From Candidatus Thiovulum imperiosus (lineage in GTDB: Bacteria > Campylobacterota > Campylobacteria > Campylobacterales > Thiovulaceae): a stretch of 64,000 nt of DNA. Location: NCBI GenBank assembly GCA_024281175.1, contig JAMJTW010000014.1, positions 131,675-195,674 of the forward strand. The letters are read 5' to 3'. Below the pieces are notes generated by a model that was not told the DNA's origin, searched no databases, and worked only from the letters and a program-made list of their open reading frames with translations. The position numbers were made by a program, and so were the translations under genes. Below, piece after piece: positions 37,028 to 46,629 of the stretch. Position 1 is the stretch's first letter; every line of letters starts with the position of its first letter.

Positions 37028-37669
37028 TTGAAAGTGAAACAGCAGACTCTTCAAAGTTTTGAATTTTTATTAGATGATGGAGATGAAGAGAAGTTTATAT
37101 CTTATTTTACACAGAATGAACCTCTTTTATCAGGTCATCTTATAATTCTTTCAGGTGTAAAATATGAGAAAGTTGAAGAGTTTTTATCAGAAAGAGGCTT
37201 CTGCTACCTTCAAAAAGGTAATTGTAAACTTAATGAACGAAAAAGAGATGTCAGGCAACTACCTAAAATTTCTATTGAAGAGGCGTTAGAAAAACTTGAA
37301 GATGGAAAAGAGCCTGAAATAGAGAAAGAGCCAGAGAACAAAGTTAAACTTACTAAAAAGAGAAGTCGAGAAATAATAGAGAAACCTGTTCGTTCAGGAA
37401 CTTTTATTCAGACTAAAAATGACTTAACTGTTCTATCTCAAATTAATGATGGTTCTGAAATTGAAATTTCTGGAAATCTTGAAGTATTCGGCACAATAAA
37501 TGGAAAAATTATTTGCAATGGAGTTTACATGCTTTTGAGAGATATCGGAGCAATTGGAAATGTTATCTTTAACGGTATTATTTTAGACAAAGAGAAATTC
37601 AAAACGAAAAGAGCTAAAATAGTAAGATTGAATAGTAGTAATATGAAACTTATAATAGAGGAGCTTTAG
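37028..37669 (+). CDS. minC: Septum site-determining protein MinC
   Basis: C-terminal beta-helix VRSGTFIQTKNDLTVLSQINDGSEIEISGNLEVFGTINGKI. Sits directly upstream of lpxC, as in Helicobacter. Confidence 0.7.
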   Translation: MKVKQQTLQSFEFLLDDGDEEKFISYFTQNEPLLSGHLIILSGVKYEKVEEFLSERGFCYLQKGNCKLNERKRDVRQLPKISIEEALEKLEDGKEPEIEKEPENKVKLTKKRSREIIEKPVRSGTFIQTKNDLTVLSQINDGSEIEISGNLEVFGTINGKIICNGVYMLLRDIGAIGNVIFNGIILDKEKFKTKRAKIVRLNSSNMKLIIEEL

Positions 37670-37670
37670 T

Positions 37671-38516
37671 TTGAAAACTTTAGAGAAGACAATTAGAAGT
37701 GAAATCGAAATCTCTGGAGTATCTCTCCATACAGGACAAGAGAGTTTTATAAAACTCTCTCCACTACCAGAAAATAGTGGAATTATTTTTTTTAAAAATG
37801 GTATTGATATCCCTCTTTCTCCAGAAAATGTAATTAGCACAGAGAGAGCAACAACTATTGGAAAAGATGGCGAAGTAATTCATACCATAGAACATTTTAT
37901 GAGTGCTATTTTCTCATTAGGAATCTCCAATTTAAAAATAGAAGTTGATGGAAATGAACCTCCAATTCTTGATGGTAGTGGAATTGAGTTTTTAAAAATA
38001 GTTGATGAGGTTGGAGTTGTAGAACAGAGTGGAGAAAGAGAAGTTTTAGTGATAGAGAGAGAGGTCTCTGTAAATGATGGAGAGAGATTTGTCTCTATAT
38101 CACCAAATAAAGATATGAAGTTTCGAATAGAATCAAAGATAGATTTTTCAAATCCAGCAATTGGAGTTCAAGAATTTGCATTAGATGTATCTATTAAAAC
38201 TTATAGAGAAGAGTTGGCAGAAGCTAGAACATTTGGTTTCTTGAAAGATTTTGACTATTTAAAATCAAAAGGTTTAGCACTTGGTGCAACTTATGAAAAT
38301 GTGATAGTTGTTGGAGAAGATAAAGTTTTAAATGAGGGTGGTTTGCGATTTGAGAACGAATTTGTCCGACACAAAATTTTAGATGTCATAGGAGATTTAT
38401 CAATTTTGGGAAAAGGAATAGTTGGGACTTATCGCTCTTTTGCCAGTAGTCACGCTCTAAATTATGCTCTAATTAAGAAAATACTTTCAGATAAGAAAAA
38501 TTATAGTGTACATTGA
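37671..38516 (+). CDS. lpxC: UDP-3-O-acyl-N-acetylglucosamine deacetylase
   Basis: ISGVSLHTGQ, TIEHFMSA, FVRHKILDVIGDL. Confidence 0.9.
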   Translation: MKTLEKTIRSEIEISGVSLHTGQESFIKLSPLPENSGIIFFKNGIDIPLSPENVISTERATTIGKDGEVIHTIEHFMSAIFSLGISNLKIEVDGNEPPILDGSGIEFLKIVDEVGVVEQSGEREVLVIEREVSVNDGERFVSISPNKDMKFRIESKIDFSNPAIGVQEFALDVSIKTYREELAEARTFGFLKDFDYLKSKGLALGATYENVIVVGEDKVLNEGGLRFENEFVRHKILDVIGDLSILGKGIVGTYRSFASSHALNYALIKKILSDKKNYSVH

Positions 38517-38952
38517 TTTAGTAATTATCGCAATTAAATCTCCCCTATATATCGGTATATATGAAAATGAAGAGCTTGTAGAAACTCTAAAATTTGAGGG
38601 AAAAACAAGTGAGACTCTACCAGTAGAATTTCAAAAAGTATATAAGAAGTATAAAATTAGAAGAGTTCTTTTTGCAAATGGTCCGGGCAGTTTCATGGCA
38701 ATTAAAATCAATTACATATTTTTAAAAACTATCTCCACTGTTTCTGGAATAGAGCTTTTTGGAGTCGATGGTTTCTTTTTCAATTCAAACACCCCAATTG
38801 AAGCGATGAATGGAATGGTATTTGTAAAAAGAGATGATGAAATAGTTTTAGAAAAGGGAACAGTAGAAAGTAGTTTCAAGTTACCAAAAAGATTTGAAGT
38901 TGAGAACTACTCCAAAGATATTGAACCTCTATACATCATACCTGCAATTTAA
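38506..38952 (+). CDS. tsaB: Short TsaB-like (tRNA t6A, glycoprotease-family) protein
   Basis: GPGSFMAIKINY corresponds to the TsaB GPGSFTGLRIG motif. 148 aa. Confidence 0.5.
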   Translation: MYIDLVIIAIKSPLYIGIYENEELVETLKFEGKTSETLPVEFQKVYKKYKIRRVLFANGPGSFMAIKINYIFLKTISTVSGIELFGVDGFFFNSNTPIEAMNGMVFVKRDDEIVLEKGTVESSFKLPKRFEVENYSKDIEPLYIIPAI

Positions 38953-39093
38953 AATTATCTGATATAATTCCGAACTTGAAAATTTTCAGAGCTAGGAGTA
39001 ACTCCTACTCTGGTTTATCTTAGACTTAAGAGAGCTGGAGGCGACTGCCTTAATATATCCCGCTTGAGGTTTTTGAGTCGGAAAGGAGGAAAA

Positions 39094-39615
39094 ATGACAA
39101 GAAGTGAAAAACAGGAAATTGTAAGTGGTTTGACATCTGAGTTTCAAAATGCTGCTGCTGTTGTTGTTACAGATTTTAAAGGTATGACAGTTCAAGAGCT
39201 TGAGGAATTGAGAAATCAAGCCAGAGAGAGTGGAATTAAAGTTCAAGTTGTAAAAAATACACTTGCAAAACTTGCCCTTGATGGTGCTGAGAAAAATGGT
39301 CTCGAGCTTAAAGATAATAACCTTTTTATCTGGGGTGATGATTTAGTTACTCTAGCTAAAGTTGTTACAAAATTTGATGAAAAAAGTTCGGATAAGTTTG
39401 TAATTAAGGCTGGACACTTTGAGGGCGAAGCTGTTGAACCAGCTAAAATTGAGGCTTACTCTAAACTCGCATCTCGAGAAGAGTTCCTTGGAATGTTACT
39501 TTCTACATGGACTGCTCCATTACGAAACATTATGTATGTTTGGAGTGCAAATGCAAGAGAGTTTGTTACAGTGCTTGATGCTATTAAGCAACAAAAAGAA
39601 GAGGCGGGAGCCTAA
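39094..39615 (+). CDS. rplJ: 50S ribosomal protein L10
   Basis: Start at ATG 39094 after AAAGGAGGA. MTRSEKQEIVSGLTSEF... Confidence 0.9.
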   Translation: MTRSEKQEIVSGLTSEFQNAAAVVVTDFKGMTVQELEELRNQARESGIKVQVVKNTLAKLALDGAEKNGLELKDNNLFIWGDDLVTLAKVVTKFDEKSSDKFVIKAGHFEGEAVEPAKIEAYSKLASREEFLGMLLSTWTAPLRNIMYVWSANAREFVTVLDAIKQQKEEAGA

Positions 39616-39645
39616 AATCCAAAATAGAATTTAAAGGAAATAAAA

Positions 39646-40023
39646 ATGGCAATTACAAAAGAAGAAGTTGTTGAGTATATCTCAAATTTAAGTGTTTTAG
39701 AGCTTTCAGAGTTAGTTAAAGAGTTTGAAGAGAAATTTGGTGTTTCTGCTACTCCAACTGTTGTAGCTGGTGGTGCTGCTGGTGGTGAAGCTGCTCCTGC
39801 TGCTGAAGAGAAAACTGAATTTGATGTAATTCTTAAAGATGCTGGTGCTAAGAAAATCAATGTAATTAAAGTTGTTAGAGCTATCACAGGTCTTGGTCTT
39901 AAAGAGGCAAAAGCTGCTGTTGAAGGTGCTCCAACTCCAATCAAAGAAGCTGTTTCTAAAGAAGAAGCTGAAGATATCAAAAAGCAACTTGAAGAAGCTG
40001 GTGCTGGAGTTGAAGTTAAATAA
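39646..40023 (+). CDS. rplL: 50S ribosomal protein L7/L12
   Basis: [33 protein letters not shown]...[15 protein letters not shown]. Confidence 0.95.
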   Translation: MAITKEEVVEYISNLSVLELSELVKEFEEKFGVSATPTVVAGGAAGGEAAPAAEEKTEFDVILKDAGAKKINVIKVVRAITGLGLKEAKAAVEGAPTPIKEAVSKEEAEDIKKQLEEAGAGVEVK

Positions 40024-40041
40024 CTTCACTTCTACACTTTT

Positions 40042-40062
40042 TGGGGTTCCCCCCACTTTTTT
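40042..40062 (+). terminator. Intrinsic terminator after rplL
   Basis: TGGGG-TTCC-CCCCA followed by CTTTTTT. Confidence 0.5.
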
Positions 40063-40063
40063 C

Positions 40064-40137
40064 GAGAGTGACCGAAGAGTATTTTTTAGACTCTTCGCAT
40101 TCGCTCAGAGAGGAAATCCTACTATTTTGTCACTCCC
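40064..40137. repeat. Type B intergenic repeat bounded by inverted GAGAGTGAC / GTCACTCCC termini
   Basis: GAGAGTGACCGAAGAGTATTTTTTAGACTCTTCGCATTCGCTCAGAGAGGAAATCCTACTATTTTGTCACTCCC. The core is shared with 25114-25172, and the termini are shared with the flank modules at 7596 and 11192. Confidence 0.8.
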
Positions 40138-40280
40138 ATTTTCCCAAACAAATCCACTAAAAATTTTTCAATATTTTATTTTTACTATTTCCTTATTTGT
40201 TGAATTTCAATTTTTTTCGATAATATAATCGGCAAGAAAAGTTTCCAATAGGTTACTAAAATTTATATAAGGATTTGCGA

Positions 40281-40838
40281 ATGTTGGAAATTCGTTGGCA
40301 CAGCCGAGCTGGACAAGGTGCGGTAACGGGTGCTAAAGGTTTGGCTGATGTTATTGCCACAACAGGTAAATATGTTCAAGCCTTTGCATTTTATGGTTCA
40401 GCAAAAAGGGGAGCAGCTATGACTGCTTATAATAGAGTTGATGATGAAGATATTATCAATCATGAGAAGTTTATGAACCCCGATTTTGTTCTTGTTATCG
40501 ACCCAGCTCTTACTTATACAGATGATATTACTCTTAATGAGAAAGATGATACAAAATACATCATTACAACTCATTTAAGTAAAGATGACCTCATCAAATC
40601 TCAACCAAAACTTGAAGGAAAAGATGTTTATGTTGTTGATTGTATGAGAATTTCTCAAGAGAAGATTGGAAAAGCAATTCCAAATACTCCAATGCTTGGA
40701 GCGTTGATGAAGATTTCTGGAATGTATGATATTGACTTCTTTAAAGAGAAGATGCTTGAGGTTCTATCAAAGTTCCCTCAAAAAATCATCGATGCAAATA
40801 TGGCAGCTATTGAAACTGCTTACAACGAAGTAGAATAG
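40281..40838 (+). CDS. porC: Pyruvate:ferredoxin oxidoreductase, gamma subunit
   Basis: MLEIRWHSRAGQGAVTGAK. First gene of a four-gene por cluster. The track ORF starts 6 nt earlier at TTG. Confidence 0.9.
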   Translation: MLEIRWHSRAGQGAVTGAKGLADVIATTGKYVQAFAFYGSAKRGAAMTAYNRVDDEDIINHEKFMNPDFVLVIDPALTYTDDITLNEKDDTKYIITTHLSKDDLIKSQPKLEGKDVYVVDCMRISQEKIGKAIPNTPMLGALMKISGMYDIDFFKEKMLEVLSKFPQKIIDANMAAIETAYNEVE

Positions 40839-40847
40839 GAGATATAG

Positions 40848-41252
40848 ATGGAAAAAAGAGGTTGGGACGATTTTGACCCTGGTGTAATTCTCTTCTCTTT
40901 TGAGAAAGATAAGAAAGTTACTGATATTGCTACAACAGAACCTGAAAATAGACCTTACTCTCAAAGTAACTCTTTCTCATCAGACCAAGCGTCAGGTTGG
41001 AGAGTTGAAAAACCTATTTTCAAACAAGATTTATGTATCGATTGTCAATTCTGTTGGATTTACTGTCCAGATATGTCTATCATCTCTCGAGATAAGAAGA
41101 TGGTTGGTGTCGATTATGACCACTGTAAAGGTTGTGGAATTTGTGTAGAAGTTTGTCCTACAAATCCAAAATCTTTACTAATGTTTGTTGAAGCAAAAGA
41201 AGAGGCTGAAGCTCTTGCAGAGTGGCCTGAGAAGAAAAAAGAGGAGAAGTAA
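40848..41252 (+). CDS. porD: Pyruvate:ferredoxin oxidoreductase, delta (2x[4Fe-4S]) subunit
   Basis: CIDCQFCWIYCP and CKGCGICVEVCP. Confidence 0.9.
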   Translation: MEKRGWDDFDPGVILFSFEKDKKVTDIATTEPENRPYSQSNSFSSDQASGWRVEKPIFKQDLCIDCQFCWIYCPDMSIISRDKKMVGVDYDHCKGCGICVEVCPTNPKSLLMFVEAKEEAEALAEWPEKKKEEK

Positions 41253-41254
41253 AG

Positions 41255-42484
41255 ATGACTGAAAAAATGGAATTGAAAAGTGTTGAGGTTTGGGACGGTA
41301 ACTTAGCTGCTGCTCACTCACTCCGACAAGCTCAAGTAGATGTTGTTTCCGCTTATCCTATTACTCCATCAACTCCAATTGTTGAGAATTATGCAAAATT
41401 CCTTGCAAATGGATATGTTGAGGGTGAGTATATGATGGTTGAGTCTGAACATGCTGCGATGTCAGGTTGTATTGGTGCTTCCGCTGCTGGTGGTAGAGTT
41501 GCTACGGCTACCTCATCACAAGGTTTTGCTCTTATGGTTGAGACTCTATACCAAGCGTCTGGAATGAGACTTCCAATTGTATTACATGTTGTAAACAGAG
41601 CAATGGCTGCACCACTAAATGTAAATGGTGACCATTCAGATATGTATCTTGGTAGAGACTCTGGTTGGATACAGCTTGACTCTTTCAGACAACAAGAGGC
41701 TTATGATTTAGGACTTATGGCTTTCAAAATTGGAGAAGACCATGGAGTTAGATTACCAGTTATGGTTCACCAAGACGGTTTTATCTCTTCTCATACAGCT
41801 CAAAATATCTTTCCTCTTTCTGATGAGGTAGCTTACAGTTTCTTAGGAGACCATCAACCATTTAATGCGATGTTAGACTTTGAGAAACCTGCAACTTATG
41901 GAGCTCAAACAGAAGAGAATTGGCATTTTGAACATAAAGCACAACAACATCATGACCTTATGACAAAAGTCTTCTCAAAAGTTGAAGAAGTTTTTGCTGA
42001 GTATGAGAAGATTTCTGGAAGAAAGTATCGAATTGTTGAAGATTTTATGATGGAAGATGCTGAAGTTGCAATTATTGCAATGGGAACTACTGTAAATAGC
42101 GCTAGACTTGCTGCAAAAATCATTCGAGAGAAAGAGGGAATTAAGGCTGGAGTTGTTGGAATTAGACTTCTTCGACCTTTCCCATTTGAGCAAATCAAAG
42201 AGGTTCTTAAAGATGTAAAAGCTATTGGAACTCTTGATAGAAGTTCTCCAAATGGTACAGTTGGAATGTTACACAACGAAATTTCTGGAGTTGTAATTGA
42301 GAATGAGAAAGTTCCTGCTATGAAAAACTATATCTACGGTCTTGGTGGTAGAGATATTACTATTCAGATGTTACAAGACATCTTTAAAGAGTTAGATGTT
42401 AGTGCAAAAGCTGGAAAAAGAGTTGGACCAATCCAGAAATTTATCAATGTTCGAGGTCCTGAACTAAGTTTCTTAGGAAAATAG
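41255..42484 (+). CDS. porA: Pyruvate:ferredoxin oxidoreductase, alpha subunit
   Basis: 409 aa. YPITPST motif. Confidence 0.9.
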   Translation: MTEKMELKSVEVWDGNLAAAHSLRQAQVDVVSAYPITPSTPIVENYAKFLANGYVEGEYMMVESEHAAMSGCIGASAAGGRVATATSSQGFALMVETLYQASGMRLPIVLHVVNRAMAAPLNVNGDHSDMYLGRDSGWIQLDSFRQQEAYDLGLMAFKIGEDHGVRLPVMVHQDGFISSHTAQNIFPLSDEVAYSFLGDHQPFNAMLDFEKPATYGAQTEENWHFEHKAQQHHDLMTKVFSKVEEVFAEYEKISGRKYRIVEDFMMEDAEVAIIAMGTTVNSARLAAKIIREKEGIKAGVVGIRLLRPFPFEQIKEVLKDVKAIGTLDRSSPNGTVGMLHNEISGVVIENEKVPAMKNYIYGLGGRDITIQMLQDIFKELDVSAKAGKRVGPIQKFINVRGPELSFLGK

Positions 42485-42493
42485 GAGGAAAGA

Positions 42494-43453
42494 ATGGCTG
42501 AACAAAAGAAAATTAAAAACCTAAAAGAGTTTTCTAAATCTGTTGATAGATTTGAGGGTTCAAACCTTCTCTGTCCAGGTTGTGCTCACTCTATCATTGT
42601 TAGAGAAGTTTTAAACGCAACAAATGACGATTTAGTTCTCTCTGCTGCAACTGGGTGTCTTGAAGTTTCAACTGCTGTATACCCTTACACTTCTTGGGAC
42701 GCTTCTTGGATACATATCGGTTTTGAAAATGCAACTACTGCTGTTGCTGGAGCAGAAGCTATGTATAAAGCTCTTAAAAGAAAAGGTAGACTACTTCAAC
42801 CTGACAGACCTCCAAAATTTGTAGCATTCGCTGGAGATGGTGCAACTTATGACATCGGTTTCCAATGGCTCTCTGGAACTTTTGAAAGAGGACATGATGT
42901 TATGCATGTTACACTCGACAATGAGGTTTATGCAAATACAGGTGGACAAAGCTCTAGTTCAACTCCTATCGGTTCTTCAACTACAACTGCTCCAGCTGGA
43001 CGAGTTTCATATGGAGAGAAGAGAGTTAAGAAAGATATGATGAGTATCATGGCTGCTCACGGTGCTCCTTATGTTGCTCAAGTTGCTCCAAACAAATGGA
43101 AAGATATGATTAAGAAAATTCAACACGGTTTTGCTGTTGAAGGTCCTGTTTATATCAATGCTATGAGTGCTTGTACAACTGAGTGGAGATTTGATGTAGC
43201 TGATACAATTGCTGTTTCTGATTTAGCAACAGACTCTCTTGTTTTCCCTCTTTATGAAATTATTGATGGTGAAACTTGGAATATCACATATAGACCTAAA
43301 AATGTAATTCCAGTTAGAGATTACCTTGCGGCTCAAGGGAGATTTAAACACCTCTTTAAACCTGAAAATGAGTATCTTATCGATGAGTGGCAACAACGAA
43401 TTGATAAAGAGTGGGTTAGACTTCAAAGAATGGAAGAGAACTCTCCAAGATAG
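42494..43453 (+). CDS. porB: Pyruvate:ferredoxin oxidoreductase, beta (TPP-binding) subunit
   Basis: CPGC..., GDGATYDIG TPP motif. Confidence 0.9.
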   Translation: MAEQKKIKNLKEFSKSVDRFEGSNLLCPGCAHSIIVREVLNATNDDLVLSAATGCLEVSTAVYPYTSWDASWIHIGFENATTAVAGAEAMYKALKRKGRLLQPDRPPKFVAFAGDGATYDIGFQWLSGTFERGHDVMHVTLDNEVYANTGGQSSSSTPIGSSTTTAPAGRVSYGEKRVKKDMMSIMAAHGAPYVAQVAPNKWKDMIKKIQHGFAVEGPVYINAMSACTTEWRFDVADTIAVSDLATDSLVFPLYEIIDGETWNITYRPKNVIPVRDYLAAQGRFKHLFKPENEYLIDEWQQRIDKEWVRLQRMEENSPR

Positions 43454-43461
43454 TTCTTTTC

Positions 43462-43483
43462 TTCCCCTTTTGGGGGAATTTTA
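43462..43483 (+). terminator. Intrinsic terminator after porB (convergent with the methyltransferase gene)
   Basis: TTCCCC-TTTT-GGGGAA-like hairpin followed by TTTTAT. Confidence 0.5.
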
Positions 43484-44275
43484 TATTTCAAAAGTGAGTT
43501 GTGCAGAAGAAATTCTATTTTTTGCCAAATGACAATACTCCTCACTTATATCTATTCCAATATAGTTTCTTCCAAGCTCAAAAGCTGTTTTACAAGTTGT
43601 ACCACTTCCACACATAGGGTCTAAAACTGTATCACCTCTATTTGTCCAAGAGAGGATATGGTCTCTAGCCAAAGCTACTGGAAAAGGTGCAGGGTGTCCT
43701 TTTGCTTCTTGGTCTTCTGCTTTTTTGCCAACAACATATTCCCAAATGTTGCCTTTTACTTTTTTATCTTTGACAGGTTTAGCCTCTTTTCCTCTTTTTT
43801 GTTCTCCTTTTGAGTAGTTTTTATAAGTAGTCCCTTTAAGTTCCAATCCGCCATGGAGAGTATCTACTAAAATAGGATTGTGGGTTTTCACAATACCTTT
43901 GCTAAAAACAAACATATATTCAAATTCATTGTTGTACCTTTTTCTGTAAATTTGAGGAATTGGGTTCTGTTTTTTAAAAATCATCGTATCGTGTAAGTTA
44001 AAACCTATCTCTTTAAAGTAGAGTGCTTGTTTAAAACTTGTTCCAGTTTCAGTCCCAGCAACTGTTGCATCAGCAACAACCCAAACTAAAATCCCTCCAT
44101 CTTTAGTAACTCTAAAAATTTCTTTTGCAATCTCTTCAAAGGGAAATTTATATCCTTTATAGTTTCGTAAATTATCATAAGGCGGAGAAGTTAGAGTAAG
44201 GTCGATACTATTTTCTTCTAAGTTTTGAAGAATTTTGGAACAGTCTCCTGTAACTATCGTATTAGAATAGTTCAT
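43481..44275 (-). CDS. Beta-class N4/N6 DNA methyltransferase (SPPY motif IV before motif I), with no adjacent endonuclease
   Basis: TLTSPPYDNL near the N-terminus. VLDPMCGSGTT near the C-terminus. GHPAPFPVALA. Confidence 0.85.
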   Translation of the reverse strand: MNYSNTIVTGDCSKILQNLEENSIDLTLTSPPYDNLRNYKGYKFPFEEIAKEIFRVTKDGGILVWVVADATVAGTETGTSFKQALYFKEIGFNLHDTMIFKKQNPIPQIYRKRYNNEFEYMFVFSKGIVKTHNPILVDTLHGGLELKGTTYKNYSKGEQKRGKEAKPVKDKKVKGNIWEYVVGKKAEDQEAKGHPAPFPVALARDHILSWTNRGDTVLDPMCGSGTTCKTAFELGRNYIGIDISEEYCHLAKNRISSAQLTFEI

Positions 44276-44417
44276 TTGTTTTTACTTTCTGAATAGTCTC
44301 TATTTTAGTATCAATTTTACTTATTTTTAAAAGTTCTGCAATTGCATCATCTCGACTTATTTTCATGATTTTTTCTCTTAAAAGAAGAAATCTCTTTTAC
44401 TATCTTTTTTTTATTCA

Positions 44418-45224
44418 TTAAAAACTTCCTATTTTAGAGATTTTAAACCCTCTATCAAGATTTGCCAAATCTTTATAAAACTCTATTTCTGCTCTACCAT
44501 TTAGAAATTTTTCTATCTTCTCTTTTTGGTCATAACCCATTTCACAAAAAAGATAGGGAACTTTAGAATTTAGAAAAGTATCTACTATTTTTTTCAAGAC
44601 CTCATCACCAATTTCACCACCAAAAAGAGCATTTTCAGGTTCAAAATCCAACTCTTTTTGAAGTTTCCCCTTTTCTCTATCTGAAATATATGGGGGATTT
44701 GAAACTATTATCTGAAAATCTAAATTTGGAACTTTTGAAAAGAGATCACTTTGAATAAACTTCACATTTTGAAGCTGACTCTCTTCTAAATTTCTATTTG
44801 CTACTTTTAGAGCTTCCAGAGAGATGTCTACTCCTAAGATAGTGGAATTTGGAAGAAGTTCTCCTAAAACTAAAGAGATAATTCCACTACCGACCCCAAT
44901 TTCTAAAATTTTTGGATTTGAAAAACTCTTTGCAACTTCTAAAACTTTATCAATAAGAATTTCAGTTTCAGGTCTTGGAATTAAAGCACCTTTTTCAATA
45001 TAAAACTCTTTTGAATAGAAAGAGACTCTGTTTGTAATATACTCTATTGGTTCTCCAGACTCTCTTCTGGAAAGATGTTTTAGAAACAGCTCTTCAGAAA
45101 TTTCTAAATCTGGATTGGTGATGAGGTAGAGTCTATTTTTAGAAATGGAGTTGGCAAGAAGAATTTCACTCTCTTTTCTTCCAACTCTCTCTTTTCCAAT
45201 CTCTATCGCTTTAGATATGGTCAA
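44418..45224 (-). CDS. prmC: Peptide chain release factor N5-glutamine methyltransferase
   Basis: EIGVGSG SAM motif. VSNPPYI catalytic motif. Confidence 0.85.
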   Translation of the reverse strand: MTISKAIEIGKERVGRKESEILLANSISKNRLYLITNPDLEISEELFLKHLSRRESGEPIEYITNRVSFYSKEFYIEKGALIPRPETEILIDKVLEVAKSFSNPKILEIGVGSGIISLVLGELLPNSTILGVDISLEALKVANRNLEESQLQNVKFIQSDLFSKVPNLDFQIIVSNPPYISDREKGKLQKELDFEPENALFGGEIGDEVLKKIVDTFLNSKVPYLFCEMGYDQKEKIEKFLNGRAEIEFYKDLANLDRGFKISKIGSF

Positions 45225-45834
45225 GTATCTTCTCTAAATCTTTCTCTTCAATTACGATGTTTGCCTCTTTTTTCAAAACATCTTTTCCACAAAATGAGAC
45301 TCTATAATCAGCTTCTGCAAACATACTTAAATCATTTGCTCCATCTCCAACAACAAGTGTATCTTTTCGTGAAACTCCTAAAATAGTTTGAACTCTTTTA
45401 ATCATATCACCTTTACTGCTATCAAACATCATTTCACCACCAACTTTTCCAGTTAGAAGACCATCTTTCTGATGTAGAGTATTTGAGAAATCAGCATCAA
45501 ATCCTAAAATATCTTTAGCAAAAGAAGTAGCACATCTAAAACCTCCACTAAAACAGATAACTGTTGCACCTCGATTTTTCAATTCTGAAATCACCTCTTT
45601 TGCTCCTTTCATATAAGGTAGATTTTGAGCTATTTTGATAACTTTCTCATGCTCTAATCCTTCTAGTAGAGAAACCCGTTTAGTAATACTTTCAAAAAAA
45701 CTAAGTTCTCCATTCATCGCTTCTTTTGTAATCTTCTCCACTTCTTCCCAAATTCCCAACTCTTTTGCAAAAAAGTTTATTGTCTCTCCGTCCATTAAAG
45801 TTGCATCAAAATCAAAAACTGCTAATTTAATCAT
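45211..45834 (-). CDS. serB: Phosphoserine phosphatase (HAD family)
   Basis: AVFDFDATL, FSGGF, GDGANDL. 207 aa. Confidence 0.8.
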   Translation of the reverse strand: MIKLAVFDFDATLMDGETINFFAKELGIWEEVEKITKEAMNGELSFFESITKRVSLLEGLEHEKVIKIAQNLPYMKGAKEVISELKNRGATVICFSGGFRCATSFAKDILGFDADFSNTLHQKDGLLTGKVGGEMMFDSSKGDMIKRVQTILGVSRKDTLVVGDGANDLSMFAEADYRVSFCGKDVLKKEANIVIEEKDLEKILDHI

Positions 45835-45894
45835 CTACTCTCTTTTTTCAAATTCTAACAAAATATTAACCACTCAGGTACTTTCTAGTACTCG

Positions 45895-45976
45895 GTCATT
45901 TCGAGCTACTCGAGAAATCTCTTTTTTGTTTTCCATATTGAGATTTCTCCACTTCCTAACTGTCAGTCGAAATGAC
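45895..45976. repeat. Type A palindromic repeat, divergent copy
   Basis: GTCATTTCGAGCTACTCGAGAAATCTC...GAGATTTCTCCACTTCCTAACTGTCAGTCGAAATGAC. Confidence 0.75.
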
Positions 45977-46012
45977 ATTTTGGGTAAAATAGATTTTTAC
46001 AATGGAGAAATA

Positions 46013-46537
46013 ATGACAATAAATGAAATTAGAAATAGCATAAGAGTAGTACAAAATTTTCCAAAAGATGGAATAGAATTTAAAGATATCACAACAATAT
46101 TAAATGACCCAAAAGTATTCAGTGAAGCTATACACATATTTTATGAGAGATATAAAAATATGAATATTCACTATGTTGCTGGAGCAGAGAGTCGAGGTTT
46201 TATTTTTGGAGTTCCTCTTGCTTTAAAACTTGGAGTTGGCTTTGTTCCAATTCGGAAAAAAGGGAAACTTCCAGCTGAAACTATCTCTGTAAGTTATGAA
46301 TTGGAGTATGGTAGCGATACTCTTGAAATCCACAAAGACGCTTTTCATGAAAAAGAGGCAAATGTTCTATTTATAGATGACCTTTTAGCTACTGGTGGAA
46401 CAGCAGAAGCGTCCATAAAACTTATTGAAAAAAGTGGTTCGAAAGTTGTTGAGAGTGCATTTTTTATAAATCTAAAATTCCTTAAAGGTGAAGAGAAACT
46501 ATCTTCTCCTATCTTCTCTATTATTGATGAGATATGA
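46013..46537 (+). CDS. apt: Adenine phosphoribosyltransferase
   Basis: Start at ATG 46013 (GGAGA upstream). FKDITTIL, AGAESRGF, VLFIDDLLATGGTA PRPP motif. The upstream part of track ORF 45635-46537 is antisense to serB. Confidence 0.9.
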   Translation: MTINEIRNSIRVVQNFPKDGIEFKDITTILNDPKVFSEAIHIFYERYKNMNIHYVAGAESRGFIFGVPLALKLGVGFVPIRKKGKLPAETISVSYELEYGSDTLEIHKDAFHEKEANVLFIDDLLATGGTAEASIKLIEKSGSKVVESAFFINLKFLKGEEKLSSPIFSIIDEI

Positions 46538-46582
46538 AAAACCTAGAGAAAATAAAGGGAATGGCTATTTTGCGTCTTTTGG

Positions 46583-46629
46583 ATATGAGCATAGCGATTG
46601 AGAAATCTTGAAAGTTTAGAAGATTTCTC
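46583..46629. repeat. Partial type A repeat (inner arms only)
   Basis: ATATGAGCATAGCGATTGAGAAATCTTGAAAGTTTAGAAGATTTCTC. Lacks the GTCATTTCGAA termini. Confidence 0.7.

Noticed and set aside
39612-40056. Long antisense ORFs opposite rplL (39612-39980, 39712-40056) and the overlapping plus-strand ORF 39872-40228
   Set aside because: They are artefacts of the Ala/Glu/Lys-rich, stop-poor rplL sequence. Their products are low-complexity, and rplL identity is unambiguous.
45635-46012. The N-terminal 126 codons of track ORF 45635-46537
   Set aside because: This part is antisense to serB and crosses a repeat. Apt homology begins at the ATG at 46013, which has its own ribosome-binding site.
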